Shown here in pieces: positions 13,736-27,229 of a stretch of DNA of 64,000 nt. The DNA lies in assembly GCA_951406725.2 (NCBI GenBank), contig OX597820.1:24304001-24368000 (forward strand), read 5' to 3'. The DNA is from Octopus vulgaris. Its lineage: Eukaryota. Positions within the stretch are counted from its first letter, which is position 1. Each line of letters begins with the position of its first letter. The position numbers were made by a program, and so were the translations under genes. The notes under the pieces were generated by a model. The model was given only the letters and a program-made list of their open reading frames with translations. It was not told the DNA's origin and ran no database searches.

Positions 13736-14224
13736 ACGTATTTACAAAACTTTCCCTTTTGGGCAATTTTCATATACAATTCGCTACTTTTTCTAAGTTC
13801 TCTCTACTTTTTTTCTAAAATTGATCTGGCTACCAAGGTAACAAGAACGAATCGACAAATTTATTATTTACACGGTACTACAAAATTAACTGTGTTTATT
13901 AATTAAATTCCTCACAGCGAAATATGTTTACTAAACATGTGATTACAATTTTTATTAAAATTTTAATTATAGAAACACTATGTCAGTATTCCAACTTTAC
14001 ACCGTATTATAAATAAGAACGAGTCTGGTTCGATCATTACGTTACATATATATTACATTTCATATATATATATCATATTAATCAATAATTACATCTCGGA
14101 CTTTACCTCATTGACCATGGTCTAGTCGTACAAATGCTATTTCGATACCATTTACCGTTTTTTCTTTGCCGTAGATTTATAAGTAGATATATTCTACTGA
14201 TATTTATTCCTGAAGAGAGACATT

Positions 14225-14600
14225 TAGTGTATGTGTGTGATTGCATTCAGACTATTTGATGTATCATTTCTGAAATTTTGGTTGTAGAAAATTTGGAAGG
14301 GTATATTATCTAGACAATAGTACCTACTTTTTATGCTGTGATTATTAAAGATCTTTTGATACATCTGTGTTACAAGGAAGTTATTTCCTATATGGGGTAT
14401 TTTAGATAGTTTGACTTGGATGAAGGGGTTGTGCTTATGATTTTCGTAAGCACTCAGGGACTTCTGTGACCGATGTTGTTGAATTCTCATGAACAGCTGA
14501 AAGTTGACTATAAGAGAAACACGAATAGGGATAGAATTCTTGAAAACAATCCTGAGAAAGAAGGGGCAGGAATCGATATCATGACAGCAAAGCAAAACCA
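14225..14600 (-). mobile_element. Highly degenerate Penelope-like ORF fragment
   Basis: KLSKIPHIGNN resembles the (K)LPYIG linker motif between PLE RT and endonuclease. Confidence 0.3.
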
Positions 14601-15483
14601 GGAAGCAATAGCTCTGCAGGCCAGGTGTTAGAGTGTATTGGTGAGCGGATTCATATCATTAGGCCGACAGTTTCACTTTGCATTTGAGTATACCAACACA
14701 GTCCCAGTTTTGAGAACATAACTTCATTGTAGGTTTCAAAAGAGCTTCTTATAGGGCTAGTAACTTTTGGGAGCCAAAACATTTTATGAGCCTAAAGAAC
14801 AGGGTCCGACTTTGTGATGCAGTTTTTGCTATGTTCACGATTCAAAATTGTCAAGGGAGATAATCATTAATGGTAAAATGAGGTTCACAATTTGTAGCTT
14901 TCATACTTTAAGGAGGAGGATTATATCGGATGAATATTGTCTTCCTCGATCTAACGTGTCTTCATACCGATTGTTCAATATACTTCAGATTTTCGACTAA
15001 GTATTTACTAACGATGCGTTATACTGGGAAGATAGTGGAATTGCACGTATACATGTTTGTATGTATGTATGTATGTATGTATGTATGTATGTATGTATGT
15101 ATGTATGTATGTATGTACGTACGTATGTATGTATGTATGTACGTACGTACGTATGTATGTATGTATGTATATATGTATATATGTATGTATATATATATGT
15201 ATGTATGTATGTATGTACGTATGTATGTATATATATGTATGTATATATGTATGTATGTATGTGTGAATGTACGTATATATGTATGCATATATGTATATAT
15301 GTATGTATATGTGTGTATGCGTGCGTGTCCCTTCCTTCACTCATTTACTCTCTCTCTTTCTCTTATTCTGTCTTTCCTTTCATACACACATACACGCACA
15401 CACACACTAACACACAGTCACACACCCATATCGACAAAGACAAACGCCACAAATACAATATATATATATATACACACACGCAC

Positions 15484-15678
<195 letters not shown>

Positions 15679-16215
15679 ATATATATATATACACATATAT
15701 ACATATAAATAATATCGACAAAATTTACGCCAAGATGGAGCTATGAGATTTTTAATGGAGGATCTTCGGTTGCTACACAAAACGAAAAGTCAATCTACGC
15801 TGTATGTTAATGGGACACAAACACAAATATAGACAATCCGAAGCAATCAGATGAAAATTAAAACTAGAAATGTTAAATGCTCACTGAAGATTTACAAGAA
15901 AGAAGGGAAACACCACTCATCAATGACCTGATGAATCCACGTTAACTAACACTTAAACCTCCTTCAACAAAACAGAAAGAAAAAATCAACAACAACGACA
16001 CAAATACAAAAACACCAATATATTTATTTTAATCCCACACAACAAACAGTAATCTTGTGTTATACAGAATTATGTCTTCTTTCTTTCTTATAATACTCAA
16101 CTGCATTTAATTCAATCTTGAATTAGATGCAATTCTGTACAATAAAAGATTAAGACTTGTATAAACCCGTCAGCAAGCAAATATTGGTCGAGCTTCTTTA
16201 AGCGTGCAAGCTCAC

Positions 16216-16218
16216 CAT
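16216..16218 (-). CDS. Candidate ATG-only start exon end, phase 0
   Basis: tttaaaacATG|gtgagc: good invertebrate Kozak context and strong donor. Joined to 99-176 it gives MLQLPRLQVGLHSLLLLLPFLFALILL. Confidence 0.4.
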
Positions 16219-16225
16219 GTTTTAA

Positions 16226-16263
16226 ACTTCCGCTGCAAATCACTGCAATTTGTGCTGACGTAA
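16226..16263. promoter_or_regulatory. ETS-like (ACTTCCGC) and CRE/ATF-like (TGACGTAA) motifs beside the ATG|GT exon
   Basis: Motif match only, in unique sequence. Confidence 0.25.
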
Positions 16264-16857
16264 GTCGACGGTAGAATGAGTTCGTTTTCATTTTCTTGCT
16301 CTTTTGTTTTTGTCTAAAGCTTTTAATTTTTCCTTTCTTTTCCTCGCTTTCTTTCAAAGTTTTTTTTTCTTTTCAAACACTTGATTTAATTCTGTTCCAA
16401 TGGAGAAAACAAATGCCAAATAAAAAAATATTTTAAATCCGAAAAAAATAGTCTAGCAAAAAAAGAAAAGAAAAAAGTACTAAAAAGATGGAAAAAATTA
16501 GTAAAAAAATCGTATTTGGAAAAAAAAATGAAAAACCAACTGACACATATATAGACGCACACACACACACCACATCTATCCGAACAGACACACAAGCGAA
16601 ATAACTATTAGGACAGCATATACGCTGTATCAAATACATGATTTAATAAAATATGCGTTAATACAGACATTACAGTTCTAGTCTGTAGCTTCGTGACTTG
16701 TAGCCTGAATGAGCATAACGTACTGTTACAAACCTAAAGAGTAAATGTGGCCAAGTGTTTTACTAATGACGTATGTATGTATGTACGCATGTATGTATGT
16801 ATGCATGTATGTATGTGTGAATGTGTGTGAGAATGTATATATGTGTGCACATATATA

Positions 16858-16896
<39 letters not shown>

Positions 16897-16951
16897 ACAA
16901 ATTTGTGTGTATATTTGTGTATATATATATGTATACAAATTTGTGTGTATA

Positions 16952-17003
<52 letters not shown>

Positions 17004-17377
17004 ACGTACACATGGGAATACTTACATACACAACGTACACATACGAATACTTACATACACGCATAAACGCGCTCACACATTCACACACACACACACGCAC
17101 ATATATATATATACAGGTGAAATTTTGTTATCATGGAATTGACAGGGTATGAAAAAATAATTCGTAACAATGACATCACCAAAGACAAATCGTTAAGATT
17201 AAGAGACTTTTGTTTATGCAGTACACATGAATAGACACATAGCGAATATATGAACAATACGGTTTCGAGAAAAAGAAAAAAAAAAGACATGAGCAAGACG
17301 GTAAACTTTCCAAACGTGGCAGCCACGCTATTTATATGGAATTAGAGTTGATTTTATAAATTTTATAATTCTTTTTC

Positions 17378-17680
17378 TTTTGTTGCTTCTCGAGCCATGC
17401 CTGGCTCATAAGGGCTGGTTTTCCGGTTTCCTTTGCGTGTAGGTTTCCCCACTTAGACGGGACGCCGGTCTGTCACAGGTGAGCTGCAAGATGCAGGAGG
17501 AAAGAGTGAGAGAAAGTTGTGGCGAAAGAGTCAGCAGAAATTCGCCATTACCTTCTGCCGGAGCTGCATGGAGCTTAGGTTCTTCGCTCATAAACACACA
17601 CATCACCCGATCTGAGATTCTAACCCGCGATTCCTCGACCGCGAGTTCGCTGCTCTAACCATTAGGCCATGTGCCTCCAC
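17378..17680 (-). mobile_element. tRNA-derived SINE, family C (full length)
   Basis: Head gtggaggcacatggcctaatggttagagcagcg (A box) and gggttagaatctc (B box); homologous to 45418-45725. Confidence 0.9.
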
Positions 17681-18372
17681 AAATTTTCTTATAGTAACCG
17701 TTAATAAGAATGAAATTGTTCCATTCGTGGCTATCACATTTTATTAATGCAAAATTTTCCAACACTTACTGACCCGTCACTTTAAAAACAAAATTCCAAG
17801 ATTTTTTCCCATTGTTTTAACCAATATTTGATACATTGATGAAAGATTTCTGATTCCTTAGAGACCTGACTGTTGAAAGTTGTATAATTTGTTCTATTGG
17901 ATTGATCGAAGAGTAAGAGATATTAAACAGATCACAAGACAAACACAGAAAACTTTGTATTTAGTGCTTTCGTTTGAAAATCGTTACCTGTTAAGTATGG
18001 AGTCCTATTCATTGTTCATGCGACTGGCTTTTTAACAAGCATTGTCCGCGCCTTAATCGACATTCGACATTGTATGGTCAGACTTTACCGGACTGTTGTC
18101 CACAAATATTCCCATTATTTTCTTATAAGTTTTCGCTTCAGAGGAAAATAACAGCTAGGAACACAATATTTATTATTTAGTTGCATTGATATTGACGTCG
18201 TAAAAAAACATGCGGCTATATGGTAATATCTTCAAAGTAGTTTCAATAGCATTATGACTGACGAAATAATACAGATTTAAGCACTCTGAAAAATTCGTAA
18301 TAATGGAATTTCACCTATACATACATTGTAGATATGTTTGTATGCATGTATGTATGTATGTATGTGTGTGTA

Positions 18373-18414
<42 letters not shown>

Positions 18415-18557
18415 CATAAAAACATAGATATACATACATATATGCATATCTATATGTATGTATTTATGCATATATACACATGTACACATACGTGAAATTC
18501 CGTTATAATTAATGCAAAATTAATAAATACACACACGTATGCATATATATATACACT

Positions 18558-18933
18558 TTTATTCTTTTACTTGTTTCAGTCATTTGACTGTGGCCATGCT
18601 GGTGCATCGCTTTTAGTCGAGCAAATCGACCCCAGGAATTATTCTTTGTAGGTCTAGTACTTATTCTATCGGTCTCTTTTGGCGAACCGCTAGGTTACGG
18701 GGACGTAAACACACCTGCATCGGTTGTGAAGCGATGTTGGGGGGACAAACGCAGACACGCAAGCATACACACACACACACACATATACGACGGGCTTCTT
18801 TCAGTTTCCGTCTACCAGATCCACTCACAAGGCTTTGGTCGGCTTGGGGCTATAGTAGAAGACACTTGCCCAAAGTGCCACGCAGTGGGACTGAACTCGG
18901 AAACAAGCTACTTACCACACATCTACTTCTACG

Positions 18934-18936
<3 letters not shown>
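18558..18936 (-). mobile_element. tRNA-derived SINE, family B
   Basis: ttttacttgtttcagtcatttgactg ... gacacttgcccaa ... gtgggactgaac, shared with many copies. Confidence 0.9.
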
Positions 18937-18997
<61 letters not shown>

Positions 18998-19808
18998 CAT
19001 ACTCATATATATATATATCGTAAACGTACTCTTATATATATGTATGCATATATACACAGCCATATATAGTGTGTATGTGCAAATAAAATCATTGACCCGT
19101 TGTTATGAAAATCGCTGTATCTCAACGGAGGGTAAGTCATGAAATCATAAATAATTGTTGACACATTTTCTATTGTTAGGGGAACGTTCTATACTCGAAT
19201 TAGTTTCTATTGACGACTACATTAGTATGAGCAATTGTTATCGAGGGACATCTAGGTAAACATAGGTCCTTTGAGAGAAACGAAACTCATCTGCCTTGTA
19301 TTAGGTAATACATACATACATACATAATTACATACGTACGTACGTACATACATACATACACACATACATACATACATACATACATACATACATACATACA
19401 TACATACATGCATACATGCATATATTTGAGATTCTTATGGGAAGAGATACATACGCTTGGGTTTAAGCACCGACAGTTCAGCCAACACACCAACCCAACA
19501 TATTTACAAACAACAGGATCTCTTAACTAAAAAAAAAATCATGTCACCTTGAACTGTCTCAAGGAGAGGTTGAATAAAACTCAAAGAATTATCATACATG
19601 CAAGCAAACAAACAAGCTTGTTAGCAGTTCAGATATGGTTAAGATATATTCGAACATGAAGGAAAGCTATTCACTGCATTTTGTCACTGAAAAATTTCTC
19701 GCTGTAGACAAATAGGTGTAAACGTCGAAATGCGTTCACCGATCGATCTGGGCAGAGAGCGTTTCGAACTGATAAAATCCAGGGAATGACAAACCATAAT
19801 CGTTATCG

Positions 19809-19886
<78 letters not shown>

Positions 19887-20187
19887 ATCCCAGGACGTTA
19901 CTGTCTCGAGTTCTAAGTCTCACAGTGTCGGCCACCCACTTTCTAAGGCGTATAAGTAACCGACATCACAGCAGTCCTCTTGAATAGAACGCCAGTCCGT
20001 GGCAAGTTTACTCCTTTACAGCCGAGTGGATTTGACCAACGTGAATTAGAGTGTTTATCTCAAGAACATGACACACCGCCAAGAACTATGACATTTACAT
20101 TGTCAAAGTAAAGAATTAATTCTAATAAACGCAAAAGTAACTATACCTACAGGCACATCTGTTGATCAAACATTTTTTTATACTTAC

Positions 20188-20243
20188 CTAGATACTTTTT
20201 GTGAACTACTAAAAGACGATCCCATGACCTGAAGCTGATACAC
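20188..20243 (-). other. Candidate small exon (56 nt)
   Basis: gtgtatatttag| ... CTAG|gtaagt; two open frames (VYQLQVMGSSFSSSQKVS / CISFRSWDRLLVVHKKYL). A neighbouring candidate at 20382-20481 has stops in all frames. Confidence 0.35.
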
Positions 20244-20529
20244 CTAAATATACACATCTCTTTATGAAATTCTACATGCATTCTAAACAATAACATGACT
20301 TTAAATTTAATTAATAAAATTTCTCCAAAACACCTCACAATCACTACCCACCCTGCAATCTAATTACTGAAACCTTCTTACCCGAGGAAATTTTTTTATC
20401 TCAACGGAAATTATATAATGCCAAGTCTAACTTCAATGCAACACTCCGACGTTGTCTTAGACGGTCAAAACTTCGAAGTCACTGTCAATGAGATGGATAA
20501 TGATATATATATTATATATATATATATAT

Positions 20530-20683
20530 AAAATATTATTAGAGACAAAACCACTATTTTGCAAAACAAACAAGGAAAGACTTAATCAATACATAAAATT
20601 TTAATAAATAGTTTATTAAAATTTTATGTATTGATTAAGTCTTTCCTTGTTTGTTTTATATGTTTTGTCTCTAATAATATTTT
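20530..20683. repeat. Near-perfect palindrome (46-bp perfect inner arms, 3-nt loop, about 21-bp outer arms)
   Basis: 20563-20608 is the exact reverse complement of 20612-20657. Confidence 0.95.
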
Positions 20684-20767
20684 ATAATATTTTACTATAA
20701 AATTGGATTTAATCCTAAATCTGATTTTTTTCCTGTAAATTTGGATTTATTCCCTAATATTTATTAT

Positions 20768-20816
<49 letters not shown>

Positions 20817-21010
20817 TACATATATACATATGTATATATATATATGTGTGTGTGTATGTATATACACACATATATACATACTTATAAACATTTATGTATG
20901 CATGTAAATATATATATGCTTGTGTGTGAGTATTCACAGATATACGTTTATACACACACACACACATATGACTTTATAATATTTTACATTTTATATATAT
21001 ATGTGTGTGT

Positions 21011-21069
<59 letters not shown>

Positions 21070-21074
21070 TGTGT

Positions 21075-21950
21075 ATATGTTGTGGTCTGGACTATTTGTT
21101 TGAATATTCATTGTGTTTCGTGATCAAGTGTAAATGCTATTCTGAGTTAAAATTTTACCACACAAATTTTTTCATGCGTGAGGTCATTCTGTCTATGTTA
21201 GTACAGTCATTTACTGGCATGTTTGGTGTTGACGTATGTGATGCCTCTGTTATTTCATATCTGATTGTTTATGTCTGGAAACGGAATCATTGTAGTGCTT
21301 CTAGACATATTTGTGTTCTTGTGTTTTATTTTTGTACGGAACACTTTACTAGGTCTTCATTTAAATTCTCGACATCTTACAGCGTGTCCTTTATAACGAG
21401 TATATCGACCACCTTCCTTGCATATACTTTTGTTTCTGCTTTAGTAACACTATGAGCTCTATTATATCCACACAGACCAACGCAAAAGTAAGTTCTAAGG
21501 GAGAACCCATGGCTAGTCTATCTGAGTGCTGTATAGTTTATATCTCAATTAGTGAGAAGTTTTCTTTTACAAAACACTTTTTTATTTTCAGTATGTTAAC
21601 TGCAATAGTGGTTGATTTATCATTGGTTATTTGAACACGTTACTAACAATGGTTTCTTTGGTTTCGCCACCAGAAATTTGATAAGCTTTCTACATCTGAG
21701 ATAGATATGTTTACCTATTTCGTTGGTTTCTACTAATTGAGATCTTTTGGAATTCTTCAGATGACCTTTTACTATATTATACTGGTGTCTATTGTTTGAT
21801 AATGTTGCATAATTATTTAATGATTCTGTATTTTCGTATGTTTATTTGAGAAGCTATGGCTCAAAAACATTTGTTTCGTCTGTTTCTTTCTATTGTTCCA
21901 TAAATGTGATAGGGCAAGTTTAATTTCATTACAGGGAAATGAATGGGATC
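21075..21950 (-). mobile_element. Penelope-like reverse transcriptase pseudogene remnant
   Basis: Minus-strand relics in the expected order: SISDVESL (cf. SFDVESL), RLAMGSP (cf. GLAMGSP), YARKVVDILVI (cf. YxRYVDDIFVI); many stops and frameshifts. Confidence 0.7.
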
Positions 21951-22063
21951 ATATTTGAATATTTCTTGCCGTTGTTGTTGTCTTACTGAACTTTTACAAA
22001 TTTGCTGTTGCTGTTGAGTAAACGTAGACTAGATTTCCTCAAACCACAGCAGAATATTAATAA

Positions 22064-22428
22064 TCTATATATATATAAACGGCAAAATGTCTGTCTGTGT
22101 GTGTGTCCTTTATACAAATCCACAATTTTAAAGTTAGAGGGCTCGCACTTTCTATGGTCATTCAAAACCGTCCAAGGATGGTCGTGCATATCTTTACATT
22201 TCCCCAGTAACCCCGCAAAGCCATTAAAAAATCAATAGAAATGACTTTTTTGTGAATTTTCTATCCCAAACCCAATAGAAATGCCCGAAACTTGATACGC
22301 CAACTGAATGTCAGCTAGCTGTATGCGATTGGTCGGAGATTTGGACAGTACTCGCGTGTATATGCGCACGCAGCTGTATATGCATGCACTAGCACCATGA
22401 CCCCGGCATTGCCGGGTCATAGTGCTAG
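22064..22428 (+). mobile_element. Non-autonomous Helitron
   Basis: Starts A|TCTATATAT, ends CTAG|T, with a GC-rich subterminal hairpin atgaccccggca-t-tgccgggtcat and no TSD. Confidence 0.75.
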
Positions 22429-22666
22429 TGTACAACTAAAACATTAAAATTAAAAACCTTCTTATCGATAGCAAGCCTCCGTGCATGTAACTCCACGATC
22501 TAGTTACGAACAATGATTTAAATATTTGATTGCAAGCGCGAAAGGTGTAAAACTCAGTAGAAATATGACTCAGGCCATACAAGTTTGACATTCGTGCACC
22601 GCTTCACCATTCGCTAAAAATAACAAGAAACCGCACTCTGTATATACACACACTCACACACGCACG

Positions 22667-22728
<62 letters not shown>

Positions 22729-22785
22729 GTATGTATGTATATGTGTTTTCGTTTCATACACGAACTCAGATCACACACACACGCA

Positions 22786-22823
<38 letters not shown>

Positions 22824-23019
22824 GTGCGTACATTCTCCCTTAGTGCGAGAGTCTTATGCTCAGTTAGCAAGACTGAAGTATGGTGGCTGGTTAAGACGTG
22901 TATTTCACGATTATTGTCGTTCCGTTTTGTGCTCCAGCATGCGGCACCATGACCAAAGATTCGAATCGACTAAAACGTTGCGCGTGAGACTGGTTAGATA
23001 GAAATTGAGTGGAACTCCA

Positions 23020-23940
23020 TGAAATAATTTGCAGCATTTTTCCTGGCGTGCTAACGATTTTTGCCAGCTCACCGCCTTAAGCTTATAAACATTAGTTTCA
23101 AAGTTTCGCACAAGGCCGGCAATTTCGGAGGTTTAAGTCGAATATCTCGACCCCAGTGTTCAACTGGTACATATTTTATCGATCCCAAAAGGATGAATAG
23201 CAAAGTCGATCCCGGTGGAATTTGACCTCAGAACGTAAAGACGGATGAAATGTCGCTAAGCATTTAGTCCGGTTTAATAACGATTTTGCCAGCTTGCCGC
23301 ATTCAAACCTACATACATATTAATAAAGGTTTCTAATCGGATAGCAATTTTGAGGGGAGGGATGTAGTCGATATCATCAACCCAACTGCTTGATCGGTAC
23401 TTTACTGTATCGACCTTGACAGAATGAAAGGCAAAGGTGGCCTCGGTGGAATTTGAACTCAACGTAAAGAGCATTTTTCCATCGTACTCACAATTCTTCC
23501 GGTTCACAGCCATTTATAAGCATATCAAAAACGCAATCGAGATGTTGCTTCAATCAACGTATTGGACCATCTCGCACTAGGAGATTATCAACTCTCGAAA
23601 GCCTCGTTTCTTACTTCGAGAAAACCAGGGATAAGAGAGAAGGCGCGATGCGAACCACAAAACATATCCGGCATTCTAATAATTCCGCGAACCCGCGGCG
23701 GTGCATTGTTATACTGTTTATCAACCCCGTGAGGATGAACAACAGAGTTGACCCCCACAGGATTTGAACCTAAAGCATTGAGAACCGGAACAAATAGAAC
23801 AAGTTATCCTAACAATAGGCAAATTTTGCCGTTTATCGTCCTCGATGGGATTAACAACACAGTCAACCTCCGCGGGATTTGAACCGGAATAAATACCGCT
23901 AGGTATTTCATTCTAACGATAGATCAGTTTTGCCATAGTT
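23020..23940 (-). mobile_element. Cluster of 4-5 tandem or partial SINE family A copies of decreasing conservation
   Basis: Repeated aggatga...gtcgac...ggatttgaac cores. Confidence 0.8.
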
Positions 23941-23989
23941 CTGCTTTAGAATAAGCCACAGAAAAAACAACTACATCAAAAAAACTTAC

Positions 23990-24000
23990 CTAATAGCTAA
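23990..24000 (-). other. Candidate 11-nt micro-exon
   Basis: cgttttaacag|TTAGCTATTAG|gtaagttttt. Confidence 0.25.
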
Positions 24001-24748
24001 CTGTTAAAACGTATATAGTTCAGTAGTTATTGATCGGTTTAAGGGCGAAAACGTTTTGTTTGCTAAAACATCTAATTTGTAAATGTCATTATTGGACTAA
24101 CAAATATTTATCTATCAACTATTTAATTAGACTAGATCTGACTAGATCTTAATTGTTCAAAACTTGTTTATTTAATTTGCTTTCTGTTTATTAGATACTG
24201 ACAAGAATGTTAACGTTTGAATCGTGTAATTGGTTCGAGGAGTTTGATTGCTGCTTGTTCGCTTTATTGTTCCCATAATTTGGAGTAGTAGGATAAGGCA
24301 GAATCATCGGAAGTATTGCTTCTGCTTCAGCTTTGGCAACAAGACGGAATGAGGACGGAGATATTTATGAGGTTGATTGATCTGCTGGTAGTAATTATTT
24401 ATGATTTTTGGCACGAGGCGAGCAATTTTGAGAGGAAGGGATGTCGACTACATCAACCCTTGTGCTCAAATGGTACTTATTTTACTGACTCCCGAAAGGA
24501 TGAAAAACAAATTTCTGTTCTGAGTCAGCTTTGCTTTTCATATCTTCAGAGTTAATGAGATAAATACTAAACAGGTGTTGTTTAATCAAATGTCACTATT
24601 GCCAGATATTTGTGAACTTGTGTCTATGTGGATTAGCATTATTTGAGCACAGAACGTAAGGAGCTGGCAGATGTATCACTAAGGATATTGTCCGGTGAGC
24701 AAACGACTCTGCCATAACTGGCTTTGATATGTTAGAAATAATGTTTTA

Positions 24749-25160
24749 AGGCGGTGGGCTGGCAGAATCGTTAGCACGTCGGGCGAAATGCATAGCCGTA
24801 TTTTGTCTGTCGTTACGTTCTGAGTTCAATTTCCGCCGAGGTCGACTTTGCCTTTCATCCTTTCGGTGTCGATTAAATAAGTACCAGTTATTCACTGGGG
24901 TCGATATAATCGACTTAATCCGTTTGTCTGTCCTTGCTTGTCCTCTCTGTGTTTAGCCCCTTGTGGGTAATACAGAAATAGGTATTTCGTCCGCCGCTGC
25001 GTTCTGATTTCAAATTCCGCCGAGGTCGACTTTGCCTTTCATCCTTTCGGGTTGATTAAATAAGTACCATTTACGCACTGGAGTCGATGTAATCGACTTA
25101 ATCCGTTTTTCTGTTCTTGTTTGTCCCCTCTATGTTTAACCCCTTGTGGGTAAAAAAAAA
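24749..25160 (+). mobile_element. Dimeric SINE family A
   Basis: Full monomer followed by a 5'-truncated monomer from about 24981. Confidence 0.9.
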
Positions 25161-25912
25161 GGAATAATGTTTTCTAATTTTGGTACAAGGCCAGCAATTT
25201 TGAAGGGACGATGCCAATTACATCAACCCAAATGCTAAACTGGTACTTATTTTACCAACCCTGAAATGATAGACCCCAATGGCATTTGAACTCAGACCGT
25301 AATGAACCAGAAGACATGTTATTAAGCACTTTGTCTTGCGATTCTGCCACCTCGCCACCTTTGATCTGCAAGAAACAATACTAGCGAAACCTCTCTCGAA
25401 TCACATCGTATTATTTACAAAGAATATAGGAGCGACACGTTGGGTAGTGAGATGTTAGATTCACTATGGTTTAAAATAAGATGGACTAGTCAGGGCCTTT
25501 GATCCTAGGTTATACTCGTCAGCGTTGACGTGGGATGAATGCCAACAACAACAGTTACAGTATGTCTGCTATTTGTGCGAAGTACTGAAGATCAGAATAT
25601 GAAATCAAGACTCATCTATCGGCAGGCCTGCGCATAACAGTTTCACTTACAAATGCTCAATCCAAACAAGGTATGAACGCATAGTACTTTGAAATAGCAG
25701 CTAAATTACTCTCAAACTCTATTGTTTTAAAAATAGAAGACCTGTATCCAGATACTGTTTCTTGTTTGCTTGTTTTTTAATGAAAGGATGATATCATCCT
25801 CAACGTCTTTAATCAATAGGTCTATGAATCAGGACTGATCTGGGGTCAAACACCAAAATGAAAACCTCATTATTAACAACAACTATAATGCATTTTCATT
25901 ATAACATACTAT

Positions 25913-25982
<70 letters not shown>

Positions 25983-26012
25983 TATGTGTAGACAGAGACA
26001 CATATGCATATA

Positions 26013-26870
26013 CTGGGTGCAGCAAAATGATCTGACATACTTGTAGGTTTAATAAAAGCGAAATAGAGTAAAGAACAAAAAATGTGCTTTTATTTTCGAA
26101 ATGTGCATATAATGCCATTTTACTTAATTTAGTTTTAAAAATTAAATCACTCAAGTGGGTGCCGTTACTGCCCACACACTGTCGAAGGCGGTCGCGAAAG
26201 TTGTCCATAACTCGACGGGCGATTTCATGTGGAATGGCAGTAATTTCTTGACGAATGACATCCTTTAATTGTTCAATAGATCTAGGGCGATGAGTGTATA
26301 CCTCTAATTTCAAGCATCTCCACATAAAAAAAAATCGCACGGGGTGAAATCAGATGATTGGATAAGCTAACCGATATCACCGCGCAATGAGATCAAATGG
26401 CCGGGGAACATCTCCCTCAAAATCTCAATCGCACTTCGAGAAGTGTGGGCTGTTGCCCCATCCTGTTGAAACCAAGCATTGGCCTTATCGTAAAGTTCAT
26501 TCAATTTGGGTTTCAGAAACGTCTCTAGCATCACACAATATCGATCAGAGTTCACACTCACTGTAACATTGTCTTCGAAGAAGTACGCACCACAAATGCC
26601 GAATTCTGCTGATGCAGGATTCGAGTAGGTACGGGATCGTGTCTACCAAGCCTGGAGTGTACACGGAACGCTCATTTTGTTGCAATTACGGATTCGTTGT
26701 TCTTGGTAAGTGTTTCCACTGAAAACGAATTGAAACAAAATGTCACAAATGGCACCAATTGAAACAAATGGCATTTTGTGTACATTTCGAAAATAAAAAC
26801 ATCTTTCGTTCTTTGCTCTATTTCACTTTATTAATCCTACAAATCTGTCAGATCATTTTGCCATGTCCTG
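26013..26870 (-). mobile_element. Internally deleted Tc1/mariner DD41D (rosa-type) transposon
   Basis: About 105-bp imperfect TIRs and TA TSDs (26011-12, 26871-72). Transposase relic WFQQDGATAH...G*LIQSSDFTPCDFF has 41 residues between the 2nd and 3rd catalytic D; stop and frameshift present. Confidence 0.9.
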
Positions 26871-27229
26871 TATGTATACACACACATATTAAACACATAC
26901 ACATGATACTTTTTGTGTAGGACGATGAAATTAATTAAGCAATTTATCTTGATGAAAGCGCTCTCAGTAGATAGAAGATTAGTTGCATTGATTTATATGT
27001 ATCAACAAGGAATTCATAATTTCTTGTCTCACCAACAGATGAATTTGAATTAAACAGCGCAAGAAATAAAGATAGCTTATGACTAATTCGTTTTATCATT
27101 GATTTTCTCTGAGCAGGCCTCATATATGGTTGTGCCCTTCCCTATTTAGTAGAATAGAGTGTAATTTGCATATATTTTAGCTGTCACATCTAGCATTCCC
27201 AGCGACAACGCATGCTCACCTTAGTGGCT

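Noticed and set aside
16160-16266. Plus-strand first exon (TATAAA ... GAC|gtaagt)
   Set aside because: No convincing downstream plus-strand exons, the ATG is followed by an immediate stop, and the minus-strand reading fits better; not fully excluded.
17610-17680. tRNA genes
   Set aside because: All A/B-box sequences are heads of SINEs continuing into SINE bodies; no clean cloverleaf with terminator was seen.
25441-25454. Match to the 3' part of miR-71 (TGGGTAGTGAGATG, recalled from memory)
   Set aside because: Seed region absent, lies within a dispersed repeat, no hairpin.
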